A model generated the notes under the pieces. It worked only from the letters and a program-made list of their open reading frames with translations. It ran no database searches and had not been told where the DNA came from. Shown here one piece after another: positions 1-8,149 of a stretch of DNA of 64,000 nt (its first letter is position 1; each line of letters opens with the position of its first letter). The translations under genes were made by a program, and so were the position numbers. The stretch is from positions 1 to 64,000 of the forward strand of contig JAYKHR010000011.1 of assembly GCA_035285125.1 (NCBI GenBank). The letters are read 5' to 3'. The DNA comes from Candidatus Sericytochromatia bacterium (GTDB lineage: Bacteria; Cyanobacteriota; Sericytochromatia; S15B-MN24; JAQBPE01).

Positions 1-2
1 TC

Positions 3-242
3 GAGGCCGACGGGCCCCGGGCGCACCCGCCCGACGTGCCCATCTGGCTGTCGGAGGCCCGCTCCGCCTTCGTCGAGGTCACGGGCGGCCCCGACCTCAC
101 GCTGGCCGAGGTCGCGGCCTTCTCGGAGGCCCTGCACGCTCGCCTGCCGGTCGAGGTCGAGCTCGTGTTCGGCGCGAGCGTCTCGCCCGCCGCCGCCGGC
201 CGGATCGGGCTGCGCCTGGTGGCCCTGTCCCCCGCCGCCTGA
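3..242 (+). CDS. FtsZ/tubulin C-terminal-domain-like protein, 5' partial
   Basis: ARSAFVEVTGGPDLTLAEV...ELVFGASV...IGLRLVA resembles the FtsZ C-terminal domain (AKGVLINITGGPDLTLFEV...NIIFGAVID...IRVTVIA). The frame is open to the window edge. Confidence 0.65.
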   Translation, partial: EADGPRAHPPDVPIWLSEARSAFVEVTGGPDLTLAEVAAFSEALHARLPVEVELVFGASVSPAAAGRIGLRLVALSPAA

Positions 243-291
243 GCGCCTGCGGCCCTCGGCCTGCGCCCGGTGTCCCCTGCCGCCTGAGGCC

Positions 292-1056
292 CTACTGCAC
301 CTGGAACTCGGACGCTGGCAGGACCATGTTGACGGCCATGCCGTGGAGCTCGTGCAGCAGCACGCGCTTGCCGCCGCGCGCGAAGGCCTCGCGCACCACC
401 GGCAGCCCGAGCCGGCGGGAGATGCCGACGTGCTCGTGCGTGAACGCCTTCCACACCTTGGCGGAGCGCACGGCCAGCTTGTCGAGCGGCTCGCCGTCCA
501 GCGAGGACTCTCCGATCCACGTGACGGTGGCGGCCGGGTCGAGCAGCAGCCCGCACAGGTGCTCGGCCGAGTTCTCGCGCATCGAGCGGCCGAAGGCGTC
601 GAGCAGGCGCGTGTCGGCCACCGGCACCTCGAGCTTGAGCGGGATGAAGCCGAAGAACCACGTCTTGAGCTTGACGCGGTCGTTGGTGCCGAACACCAGC
701 TTGGTGCCGACCTGCTTGCCGTCGCTGGCCTCCAGCACGGTGCTCGCCAGCGTGCCCGGCCGGCGGTAGCACATCCGCAGCGTGTTCGTCTCGCGCTTGC
801 CCTTGGGGCCCAACAGCTCGGTGTTGACGCGGGCGCGCCAGGTGCTGGTGGCCGCGACGCGCTCGCCCAGCACTGCGAGCACGCGCCGTGCGGCCGCATC
901 GCTGGCGCCAGGCGTCGGCGTGGGGCCGGGCACGCCGGAGGGCGCGGGGGCGGGGTCCTCAGGCTCGAACGCCAGCGGGGGGCGGCCGCCGCAGCCCACG
1001 AGGGCCGTGAGGAGGAGCAGCCAGCAACCTGGCGCGCGAAGGGGTGGGGCGATCAC
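292..1056 (-). CDS. lipoprotein, LolA-like / outer-membrane lipoprotein-sorting fold; paralogue of 23049-23837
   Basis: Lipobox LVGC and Pro-rich linker. The beta-rich domain aligns by eye with 23049-23837 (GTKLVF/GTRLLW, DTRLLDAFGRS/DERVRDDRGYS, LLDPAATVTW/LLHPQAVVTW). Confidence 0.65.
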   Translation of the reverse strand: MIAPPLRAPGCWLLLLTALVGCGGRPPLAFEPEDPAPAPSGVPGPTPTPGASDAAARRVLAVLGERVAATSTWRARVNTELLGPKGKRETNTLRMCYRRPGTLASTVLEASDGKQVGTKLVFGTNDRVKLKTWFFGFIPLKLEVPVADTRLLDAFGRSMRENSAEHLCGLLLDPAATVTWIGESSLDGEPLDKLAVRSAKVWKAFTHEHVGISRRLGLPVVREAFARGGKRVLLHELHGMAVNMVLPASEFQVQ

Positions 1057-1184
1057 GGGGCGCTCCCGACAGCGGCCGAGCGGGGACAGTCACCAGGTTA
1101 AGGTTTGGATAAGGCTGCTGTCAAGCGTTGGGCCCGGGGTGACGCCGCCTTATGTTATAGTGGAAGGCCTCACAGCCACGGAGC

Positions 1185-1583
1185 ATGCCGATGAGCCAGG
1201 GTCTCTGGGCGCACGTCGCGACCTTCATCAACCTGATCACCTTTTTCTTCAGCTTCTCGGCCTTCAGCGTCGGGCTGTACATCTCCGAGCGCGTGAAGCG
1301 CGCCCTCGGCCGTGGCACCCTGGCCCGGGTCGTGGACGCCTTCATCGTGGCCGCGGCGGGCCTGACGGTGCGCACCGGCGTGGGAGCCTTCGCGCACCTG
1401 CGCTGGGTGGACCCCGGCACGGCCACCGTCATCGGGGACCTGGCCCTGCTCGTGATGGCGGGCGGCCTGTTCGGGGCCTACGTCGCCATCGAACGCTACT
1501 TCAAGAAGATGGAGCTCCGCGCCGCCCGCGAGGCGCGCGAGGGGCGCGAGGCGCGCAGCCAGCGGGCCTTCACGGAGACCTGA
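1185..1583 (+). CDS. small membrane protein (about 3 TM), first gene of the lar operon
   Basis: Three hydrophobic segments, typical codon usage and an extended -10 (TGTTATAGT, 1153-1161) upstream. The stop lies 2 nt before the larE start. Confidence 0.7.
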   Translation: MPMSQGLWAHVATFINLITFFFSFSAFSVGLYISERVKRALGRGTLARVVDAFIVAAAGLTVRTGVGAFAHLRWVDPGTATVIGDLALLVMAGGLFGAYVAIERYFKKMELRAAREAREGREARSQRAFTET

Positions 1584-1585
1584 CG

Positions 1586-2395
1586 GTGGCCGTGGCCGAG
1601 GTGCAGGCCTGCCTCGCCAGCCTGGAGGCGGCCGTCGGGCGACACGGCTCGGCCGTGGTGGCCTTCTCCGGGGGCGTCGACTCGGCCCTGGTGGCCGCCG
1701 TGGCGCACCGCGTGCTCGGGCCGCGGATGCTGGCCGTGACGGCGCACTCGCCCTCGTTGCCCGCGCGCGATCGCGACGAGGCGGCGGCCCTGGCGGCCGA
1801 GGTCGGCTTCCCGCACCGCGTCGTCGAGACGCACGAGCTTGCGAACCCGGCCTACGCCGCCAACCCCGCAAACCGCTGCTACTTTTGCAAGGACGAGCTC
1901 TTCACCCACCTCGGCGCCGTGGCGCGCGAGCACGGCCTCGCCGCCGTGCTCGACGGCTTCAATGCCGACGATCGCCACGACCACCGGCCCGGCCACCAGG
2001 CGGCCCTGGCGCACGGCGCGGCGAGCCCCCTCGCCGAGGCCGGGCTGGGCAAGGCCGAGGTCCGTGCGCTGGCCCGCCACCTCGGGCTGCGCGTCTGGGA
2101 CCGCCCGGCGGCCCCCTGCCTGGCAAGCCGCATCCCCTACGGCACGCCCGTCACGCCCGAGGCGCTGGCCCGCATCGAGGCTGCCGAGCAGGTGCTGCGC
2201 GGGCTTGGCGTCCTCGGCGGGCGCGTGCGGCACCATGGCGACGTCGCGCGCGTGGAGGTGCCGCCCGACCAGCTCGCGTGGGCCTTCTCGCAGCGCGAGG
2301 CCCTCGTGGTCGGGCTGAAGGCTGCTGGCTACCTGTTCGTGGCGCTCGACCTCGAGGGCTATCGGCTGGGCAGCCTCAACGCGGCGCTGCGCTGA
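1586..2395 (+). CDS. larE: ATP-dependent sacrificial sulfur transferase LarE
   Basis: PP-loop AFSGGVDS, NRCYFCK, DHRPG, PCLASRIPYG, RVRHHG, GYRLGSLN. Start re-called at GTG 1586. Confidence 0.92.
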   Translation: MAVAEVQACLASLEAAVGRHGSAVVAFSGGVDSALVAAVAHRVLGPRMLAVTAHSPSLPARDRDEAAALAAEVGFPHRVVETHELANPAYAANPANRCYFCKDELFTHLGAVAREHGLAAVLDGFNADDRHDHRPGHQAALAHGAASPLAEAGLGKAEVRALARHLGLRVWDRPAAPCLASRIPYGTPVTPEALARIEAAEQVLRGLGVLGGRVRHHGDVARVEVPPDQLAWAFSQREALVVGLKAAGYLFVALDLEGYRLGSLNAALR

Positions 2396-3159
2396 TGGAC
2401 CCCGAGCGGTTGGAGGCCCTCCTGGGGGCCGTGCAGGCGGGCGAGACCTCGGTGGCGGAGGCGCTGGCGGCGCTGCGCACCATGCCCGTCGACGCCCTCG
2501 CCTATGCCCGCCTCGACACCCACCGGGCGCTGCGCACGGGCTTCCCCGAGGTCGTCTTCTGTCCGGGCAAGACGCCTGAGCAGGTCGTGGGCATCCTGGC
2601 CCGCCTCCGCGAGCACCACGATCGCGTGCTCGCGACGCGCTGCGAGCCGGCCGTCGCCGACGTCGTGCGGGCCGCCCTGCCCGACCTCCAGTGGCACCCG
2701 CTGCCCCGCCTGCTCACGTGGGGGCATGTCGCCCCGGAGCCGCCGGGCGCGGGGCGGGTGGCCGTGCTGGCGGCCGGCACGGCGGACCTCGCCGTGGCCG
2801 AGGAGGCCGCCGTGACGGCCGAGATGGCCGGCGTGTGCGTCGAGCGCGTGTGGGACGTGGGCGTGGCCGGGCTGCACCGCGTGCTCGCCGCCCGCCCCCA
2901 GCTCGACGCCGCGGACGCCGTGGTGGTGGTGGCGGGGATGGAGGGGGCGCTCGCCTCCGTCGTCGGTGGGCTGACGGATCGCCCCGTCATCGCCGTGCCG
3001 ACGAGCGTCGGGTACGGGGCCTCCTTCGGCGGGCTCGCGGCCTTGCTCACCATGCTCAACGGCTGCGCGGCGGGTGTCGCCGTGATGAACATCGACAACG
3101 GCTTCGGCGCCGGCCACCTCGCGGCGCGGATCGCGCGGCGGGCGGGGGGCGCGGCGTGA
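2395..3159 (+). CDS. larB: nickel-pincer cofactor biosynthesis protein LarB (PurE-like)
   Basis: RTGFPEVVFCPGKT, AGTADL, DVGVAGLHR, VAGMEGAL, PTSVGYGA, NIDNGFGA. The ATG overlaps the larE stop (TGATG). Confidence 0.95.
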   Translation: MDPERLEALLGAVQAGETSVAEALAALRTMPVDALAYARLDTHRALRTGFPEVVFCPGKTPEQVVGILARLREHHDRVLATRCEPAVADVVRAALPDLQWHPLPRLLTWGHVAPEPPGAGRVAVLAAGTADLAVAEEAAVTAEMAGVCVERVWDVGVAGLHRVLAARPQLDAADAVVVVAGMEGALASVVGGLTDRPVIAVPTSVGYGASFGGLAALLTMLNGCAAGVAVMNIDNGFGAGHLAARIARRAGGAA

Positions 3160-3321
3160 CCATCGCCGGCTTCGGCGCCGGCCACCTGGCGGCGCGGGTG
3201 GCGCGGTGGGCGGGGGGGACGACGTGACGATCGCTTACTTCGACGGCGTTGCTGCCGGTCACCGCGGGGCGTGCCGCGCGTGGCGGACAGGGGTGGTGAC
3301 ATGACGATCGCCTACTTCGAC
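3100..3321 (+). repeat. degenerate tandem triplication of the larB-end/larC-start junction
   Basis: Units of GGCTTCGGCGCCGGCCAC...GTGAC(C/G)ATCGC start at 3100 and 3168, with a more degenerate copy at 3245. TGACGATCGCyTACTTCGAC occurs twice (about 3225 and 3302). Confidence 0.8.
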
Positions 3322-4719
3322 TGCTTCAGCGGCGTGAGCGGCGACATGATCGTCGGCGCCCTGCTCGCCGCCGGCGCCAGCGAGGCGCGCCTCCGGGAGG
3401 AACTCGCCCCGCTGGGCCTGGCGGGCGTCGAGCTCGCCGTGCGCCCGCTGACGCGTCAGGGCCTGGTCGCGACCAAGTTCGACGTGCGCGTGCGCGGCCA
3501 GGCCGAGGGCGCGGCGCCGCTGGCGGACGTGGGTGACGGCCACGCCCACGGGCATCACCACGACCACGCTCATCACCACGGCCTCCCCACCCCACCCGAC
3601 CCGAGCCCCGCCCACGCCCACGGCCAGCGTCACACACGCGACCACAGCCACAACAGCGCCCACCCGCACGACCACCCCCACGCCCAAGCCGCCAGCCCTG
3701 GCTCCCCTCTCCCGGTGGGAGAGGGTGGCCGCAGGCCGGGTGAGGCGTCGCACGCTCACCGCACCCTCGCCGACGTCGAGGCCGTGCTCGCCCGGCTGCC
3801 GGCGGGCCCCCGCGAGCAGGCCATCGCCATCTACCGGCGGCTCGCGGACGCCGAGGCGCGCGTGCATGGCAGCACCCGCGACGCCGTGCACTTCCACGAG
3901 GTCGGGGCGGACGACGCGATCGTGGACGTGGCGGCCACCGTGCTGTGCCTGCGCCAGCTGGGCGTCACGGAGGTGCAGTGCTCGGCGCTGCCGCTCGGCA
4001 GTGGGATGGTGCGCTGCGCCCACGGCCTGATGCCCGTGCCCGTGCCGGCCGTGGCGCTGCTCGTGGCGGGCGTGCCGACCCACGACAACGGTGAGCGCGG
4101 CGAGCTCGTCACGCCCACGGGCGCCGCCATCCTGGCGACGCTGGCGACTCGCTTTGGCCCCCTGCCCACGTGGCGGCCCACGGGCGCCGTCGGCTTCGGG
4201 GCTGGCAGCCGGGAGGGCGAGCGCGTCCCGAACCTGCTGCGGGTCCTGCTCGGCGAGGCGCTCACCGCCCCCGGGCAGGACGAGGTCGCCGAGCTCGAGG
4301 CCAGCCTCGACGACATGAGCCCGCAGCTCCTCGCGCCCCTGGGCGAGGCCCTGCTCGCGGCAGGCGCCCTCGACTGGACGCTGACGCCCACCCTGATGAA
4401 GAAGGGCCGGCCGGGCTTCGTGCTGCAGGTGCTGTGCCCCCCTGAGCGCCTCGACGCCCTCGCGGCGCTGGTCTTCCGCGAGACCACCACGCTTGGCCTG
4501 AGGCACCGGCTGGTCCACCGGCGGGTGCTGGCGCGCGAGCTCGTGCCCGTGGCCACGCCGTGGGGGCCCGTCCGCGTCAAGCTCGGGCGCCTCGACGGCG
4601 CGCTCGTGAACGTGGCCCCCGAGCTGGAAGACTGCCGGCGGGTGGCGGCCGAGGCTGGCCTGCCGCTCAAGGAGGTCTGGCAGGAGGCCCTCGCCAGCGC
4701 TCGGCGGGGAGGCCTCTGA
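3301..4719 (+). CDS. larC: nickel-pincer cofactor nickel insertase LarC with long His-rich insert
   Basis: YFDCFSGVSGDM, His-rich tract, VHFHEVGA, HGLMPVPVPA, GELVTPTGAAIL, MKKGRPG, ETTTLG, APELEDC. Confidence 0.95.
   Translation: MTIAYFDCFSGVSGDMIVGALLAAGASEARLREELAPLGLAGVELAVRPLTRQGLVATKFDVRVRGQAEGAAPLADVGDGHAHGHHHDHAHHHGLPTPPDPSPAHAHGQRHTRDHSHNSAHPHDHPHAQAASPGSPLPVGEGGRRPGEASHAHRTLADVEAVLARLPAGPREQAIAIYRRLADAEARVHGSTRDAVHFHEVGADDAIVDVAATVLCLRQLGVTEVQCSALPLGSGMVRCAHGLMPVPVPAVALLVAGVPTHDNGERGELVTPTGAAILATLATRFGPLPTWRPTGAVGFGAGSREGERVPNLLRVLLGEALTAPGQDEVAELEASLDDMSPQLLAPLGEALLAAGALDWTLTPTLMKKGRPGFVLQVLCPPERLDALAALVFRETTTLGLRHRLVHRRVLARELVPVATPWGPVRVKLGRLDGALVNVAPELEDCRRVAAEAGLPLKEVWQEALASARRGGL
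3704..3746. repeat. REP/RPE-like palindromic element inserted in frame in larC
   Basis: CCCCTCTCCCGGTGGGAGAGGGTGGCCGCAGGCCGGGTGAGGC (encodes PLPVGEGGRRPGE). Its reverse complement matches 33899-33942. Confidence 0.7.
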
Positions 4720-4766
4720 GCGCCTTCGCAGGCGAGCTGGCGGACCTCTTTTGCCGTCGCGGCCCG

Positions 4767-4775
4767 TGCTATACT
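4767..4775 (+). promoter_or_regulatory. extended -10 promoter element
   Basis: TGCTATACT about 45 nt upstream of the DUF151 gene, followed by a GGAGG RBS. Confidence 0.5.
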
Positions 4776-4818
4776 CGCGTGTGAGCGGGGTGGGACCCGC
4801 CAGGGGAGGAGGGGTGCG

Positions 4819-5307
4819 ATGATCGAGATGAAGGTGTCGGGGGTGATCCTCGATTCGGCCTCGCGCCACCCCATCGTGATGCTGCGGGACAAGGACGAAC
4901 GGCGGGCGCTGCTCATCTGGATCGGGGAGCCCGAGGCGAACGCAATCCTGATGGCCCTCGAGGGCATCTCGCCGCCGCGCCCTCTCACGCACGACCTGTC
5001 GCTGCTGCTGGTCGGCAAGCTTGGCGCCAAGCTGGTGAAGGCCGTCGTCACCGACATGCGCGACCAGACCTTCTACGCCGAGCTCGAGCTCGAGGCCGGC
5101 GGCAAGACGCTCACCATCGATGCCCGCCCCAGTGACGCGATCGCCCTCGCGCTGCGCGCCCAGGCGCCCATCTACGTCGCGGCGGAGGTCATGACGGCCA
5201 ACGCCATCCCCATCAACCCGGCCCGCGAGGAGGAGGAGGCGGAAAAGTTCCGCGAGTTCCTCCAGAACGTGAAGCCCGGCGACTTCGGGAAGTTCACACA
5301 GGACTAG
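4819..5307 (+). CDS. bifunctional nuclease family protein (DUF151)
   Basis: LLIWIGEPEANAI, PRPLTHDL, TFYAEL, IDARPSDAIALALR. Confidence 0.93.
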   Translation: MIEMKVSGVILDSASRHPIVMLRDKDERRALLIWIGEPEANAILMALEGISPPRPLTHDLSLLLVGKLGAKLVKAVVTDMRDQTFYAELELEAGGKTLTIDARPSDAIALALRAQAPIYVAAEVMTANAIPINPAREEEEAEKFREFLQNVKPGDFGKFTQD

Positions 5308-5335
5308 CCCGCCCCGCTCCCGGCAGCCCTCGGGC

Positions 5336-5974
5336 TCAGCCCTCGCCGCCGCGCACCCGCGTCAGCAGCTGCGGCCAGAGGTCCCCCTCCAGGCCGTCCA
5401 CCTCGGCGAAGGAGCGCTCCACCTTCTCGCGGGTGCTGGCGACCCAGTCGTCCTCTTCCTGGCCCTGGAGGTTGAGCAGCACCTGCAGCCCGGCGCCGCG
5501 CACGGCAGCGATCGCGAGCAGCAGCGCCATGCCACCGTCCGCCACGAGCTGGCGGTTGCCGTAGCGCGCCACGGACTCCGCCATCGGCACGAGTTCCATG
5601 GCGATCTGGTGGATCTGGAAGGGCACCTGCACGTAGCCCCTGGCCGCGTTGCGCATGAGGTCGCGGCGGATGATGGACTGCTCGTCGTGCTCCGTGGCGC
5701 CACGGGGCAGGGCGACGCTCTCGAACAGCTGGTTGAAGGCCTCGACCTCCTGGTCGAGGAACACCAGCACCTGCTCCTCCAGCGTGCGGGCGCGCTCCAG
5801 GATGCGCTCCATCTCCTCCGTCATGGGCTCGTAGCCAGCCTTGCCGGCGGTCTGGCGCGCCACCAGGGCCACCAGGGCTGCGGCCTGGCCGGTGGACACG
5901 GCGGCCATGCCGATGCCGCCTGGCGTGGGCCCACCGGCCGCAACGTCGGCCAGCAGGGATTTGACGGGGGTCAT
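5336..5974 (-). CDS. cyclodeaminase/cyclohydrolase family protein (FTCD C-terminal-like)
   Basis: PTPGG near the N-terminus, VP..I, GN..LVAD, LQVLLNL. Start re-called at ATG 5974. Confidence 0.75.
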   Translation of the reverse strand: MTPVKSLLADVAAGGPTPGGIGMAAVSTGQAAALVALVARQTAGKAGYEPMTEEMERILERARTLEEQVLVFLDQEVEAFNQLFESVALPRGATEHDEQSIIRRDLMRNAARGYVQVPFQIHQIAMELVPMAESVARYGNRQLVADGGMALLLAIAAVRGAGLQVLLNLQGQEEDDWVASTREKVERSFAEVDGLEGDLWPQLLTRVRGGEG

Positions 5975-6221
5975 CGCGAGGGGTTCGCGGGTCAAGCAGG
6001 GTCTCCAAAAAGGGCACGGCCGGGGGCGCAAGGGCGCAGCCGACCACGGGCGCAGTATAGGCGAGGCGGGGGGGAGCGTCAATTGCGGGGCCCCGGCCCC
6101 CCGCCTGGGTAACAGAACGCCATGAACCCGCAGCGTCGCTGGTGATGCGGGATACCGCCCGCCGGGCGCGTGGATCATATGATCGCGCCGTGGGTTCCCT
6201 CCCCGCCCTGCTGAGGCCTGC

Positions 6222-6908
6222 ATGGAAGCTTACTCCAACCCGCCCCACTCCACCAAGGACACCATCGAGCTGCTCGAGTCGCTGAGCCGGCGCCGCAAGT
6301 CGCGCGGCGTCAACGCCGTCGTGGTGGTGAAGTCTGGCGAGGGCGACCAGGAGCAGACGCGCAAGCCGGAGGCCGTGCTCACGCCCGCGACGCCCGCGGA
6401 GCGCATGGGGATGGTGGTCTCCGAGGCCGTCGCCACCGCCATCGCCACCCAGTCCGACATGGCGGAGCGCTACGTCACGGTGGCCGGCCGCCTGAGCGAG
6501 GTGGAATATCGCCTGCGCGAGGTCGAGGCCGAGCGCGACGGCTTCATCCAGCAGCTCAACGACCGCGCCCGGGCGCACGAGCGCGAGCGGCAACTCCTGC
6601 TCGACGACTTCCAGGACCGCGTCACGCGCGTCGAGGCCGAGCGCGACCTGCTCGCCGACGAGCTGCGCCTCGAGCGTGACCGCACCACGGGCGACATGGT
6701 CGAGCGGGTGGCCGAGGCCCTCAGCCCGCGCCTGTGCGGCGTGCTCGACGAGCACACGGGCCTCGCCGACCGCTACGCCGCCGCCGTGCATCGCATCGGC
6801 CGGCTCGAGGCCGAGCTCGGTCAGGCCCTCGAGCAGCTCCAGAACGAGCGGGACATCCGCGAGCAGCTGACAGGTGGCTGGTGGCGCTGGTTCGGCTTCT
6901 GGCGCTGA
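6222..6908 (+). CDS. coiled-coil protein with C-terminal aromatic amphipathic tail
   Basis: Long E/R/L-rich heptad region ending in GGWWRWFGFWR; typical codon usage. Confidence 0.75.
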   Translation: MEAYSNPPHSTKDTIELLESLSRRRKSRGVNAVVVVKSGEGDQEQTRKPEAVLTPATPAERMGMVVSEAVATAIATQSDMAERYVTVAGRLSEVEYRLREVEAERDGFIQQLNDRARAHERERQLLLDDFQDRVTRVEAERDLLADELRLERDRTTGDMVERVAEALSPRLCGVLDEHTGLADRYAAAVHRIGRLEAELGQALEQLQNERDIREQLTGGWWRWFGFWR

Positions 6909-7262
6909 CGCCGGGGTCCCACGCCGTGGGGCGTGGCCGGCTGGATGCCTGGCGGCGCCCCACGGCCCCCGCGCTGACGCCTGGGCCCACGCCTCGTCAG
7001 GGCCGTGCGGAAGCCTGAGCCTGCCTTCCGCAGCGGCCGGCCCGAGTCCGTCCCCGGGCCCTCGAGGGGGCAGTGCCGGCTCGATGGGCAGGTTGCCGGG
7101 CGACTCCGGCCGCGCCTTGGGGGCTTCGCCTGCCTCCTCCCCCTTCCCCCGTCCGCCGGCCCGGTCGCTGGCCATGTCGCCAGGACGCCTCACCCCTGAC
7201 CCCCGCTGACGCCGCCCCCCTCCCGCCGGACAGAGGAGAGAGCTGCTGGCTGCCCCACGCCG

Positions 7263-7353
7263 GCCCCTGCCAGCTGAACCCTGAGGCCCGCAGGCCCCGC
7301 CAGCTGAATCCTGAGGCCCGGCTGGCCCGCAGGCCCCACCACCAACTGAAACC
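7263..7353. repeat. short degenerate direct repeats (CAGCTGAAyCCTGAGGCCCG / GCAGGCCCC)
   Basis: CCAGCTGAACCCTGAGGCCCG, CCAGCTGAATCCTGAGGCCCG and CCAACTGAAACCC in tandem. Confidence 0.6.
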
Positions 7354-7382
7354 CCCCGGTCCCGAAGGGCCGAGGGGTCTCA
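7346..7382. terminator. long hairpin between convergent genes (terminator or REP-like)
   Basis: TGAAACCCCCCGGTCCC-GAA-GGGCCGAGGGGTCTCA is an imperfect inverted repeat. Confidence 0.4.
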
Positions 7383-7645
7383 GATGGGGGATGGGTACGG
7401 ATGGGGGATGGAACAGGCTTGCGGGCCGGCTTTGGGGCTGCGGCTTGGTCCGCTACCTGCTCTTACGGCACGTTTGGCGACGGACTTGAGGGCTCGGTTG
7501 CTCTTTTTTTGCTGCCCCTGGCCTCCCCGGCCACCGCCTGGGGCGATCGCCCCGCCCCGCGGGCCTCAGCGGCCCCTCCGTGCCGCGTCAGGTGCCTCGA
7601 CGCGACGTGGGGGTGGGGCGGCCTCCGCGGACCCTGGACGGCCCC

Positions 7646-8086
7646 TCAGTGCCGCGTCAGGTGCACCGTGAACGTGCAGATGCGGGGGAACAGGCCGCCG
7701 TAGTCCGCGACCTCCCAGTCGTGCTCGGAGGTCACGAGGAACGGCTTGTCGTCGATCGTGACGCCCGGGCAGGTGATCTTGGTGAGCACGCGGTAGCGGC
7801 CGTTCGGCAGCTCCTCGATGTCGATCGACTCGACGTTGTGGTTGTCGATCTTCACGTGCTTGGGGAACTCCGCGAACCACGCCCGCACGCCGGCCACCGT
7901 GGTGATGGGCTCGGGGACGGTCGAGGCGTTGATCTGGAAGCCCTCCGGCGACAGCACCTCGATCAGGGGGGTGGCGTCGCCCGTGTTCATGTCCCAGATG
8001 CTCATCCAGTGGTGCACGAGGCTCTTGATGCGGTTGATGGTCAGGGCCGTGCTCTTGGTGGGCAAGGGCTCGGTGGTGGTGGACAT
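7646..8086 (-). CDS. NTF2/SnoaL-like small protein at the end of the lipoxygenase operon
   Basis: 146 aa: N-terminal helix (IKSLVHHWMSIWD), GVRAWF, HNVESIDIE, then beta strands ending HDWEV...PRI, a pattern typical of the NTF2-like fold. RBS AAGGAG. Confidence 0.6.
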   Translation of the reverse strand: MSTTTEPLPTKSTALTINRIKSLVHHWMSIWDMNTGDATPLIEVLSPEGFQINASTVPEPITTVAGVRAWFAEFPKHVKIDNHNVESIDIEELPNGRYRVLTKITCPGVTIDDKPFLVTSEHDWEVADYGGLFPRICTFTVHLTRH

Positions 8087-8149
8087 CGGGATCTCCTTCC
8101 TGCTGGGCGCCGGCTGGCGCGGGGGGCGGGGGGGCGGCCCGCTGCGGGC

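Noticed and set aside
782..1585. N-terminal extension of LarE (537-aa ORF in the track), and similar extensions for larB, SWIM, PPTase, NHL and kelch genes
   Set aside because: The extensions overlap other real genes. The downstream starts fit family lengths, RBS positions or stop/start coupling.
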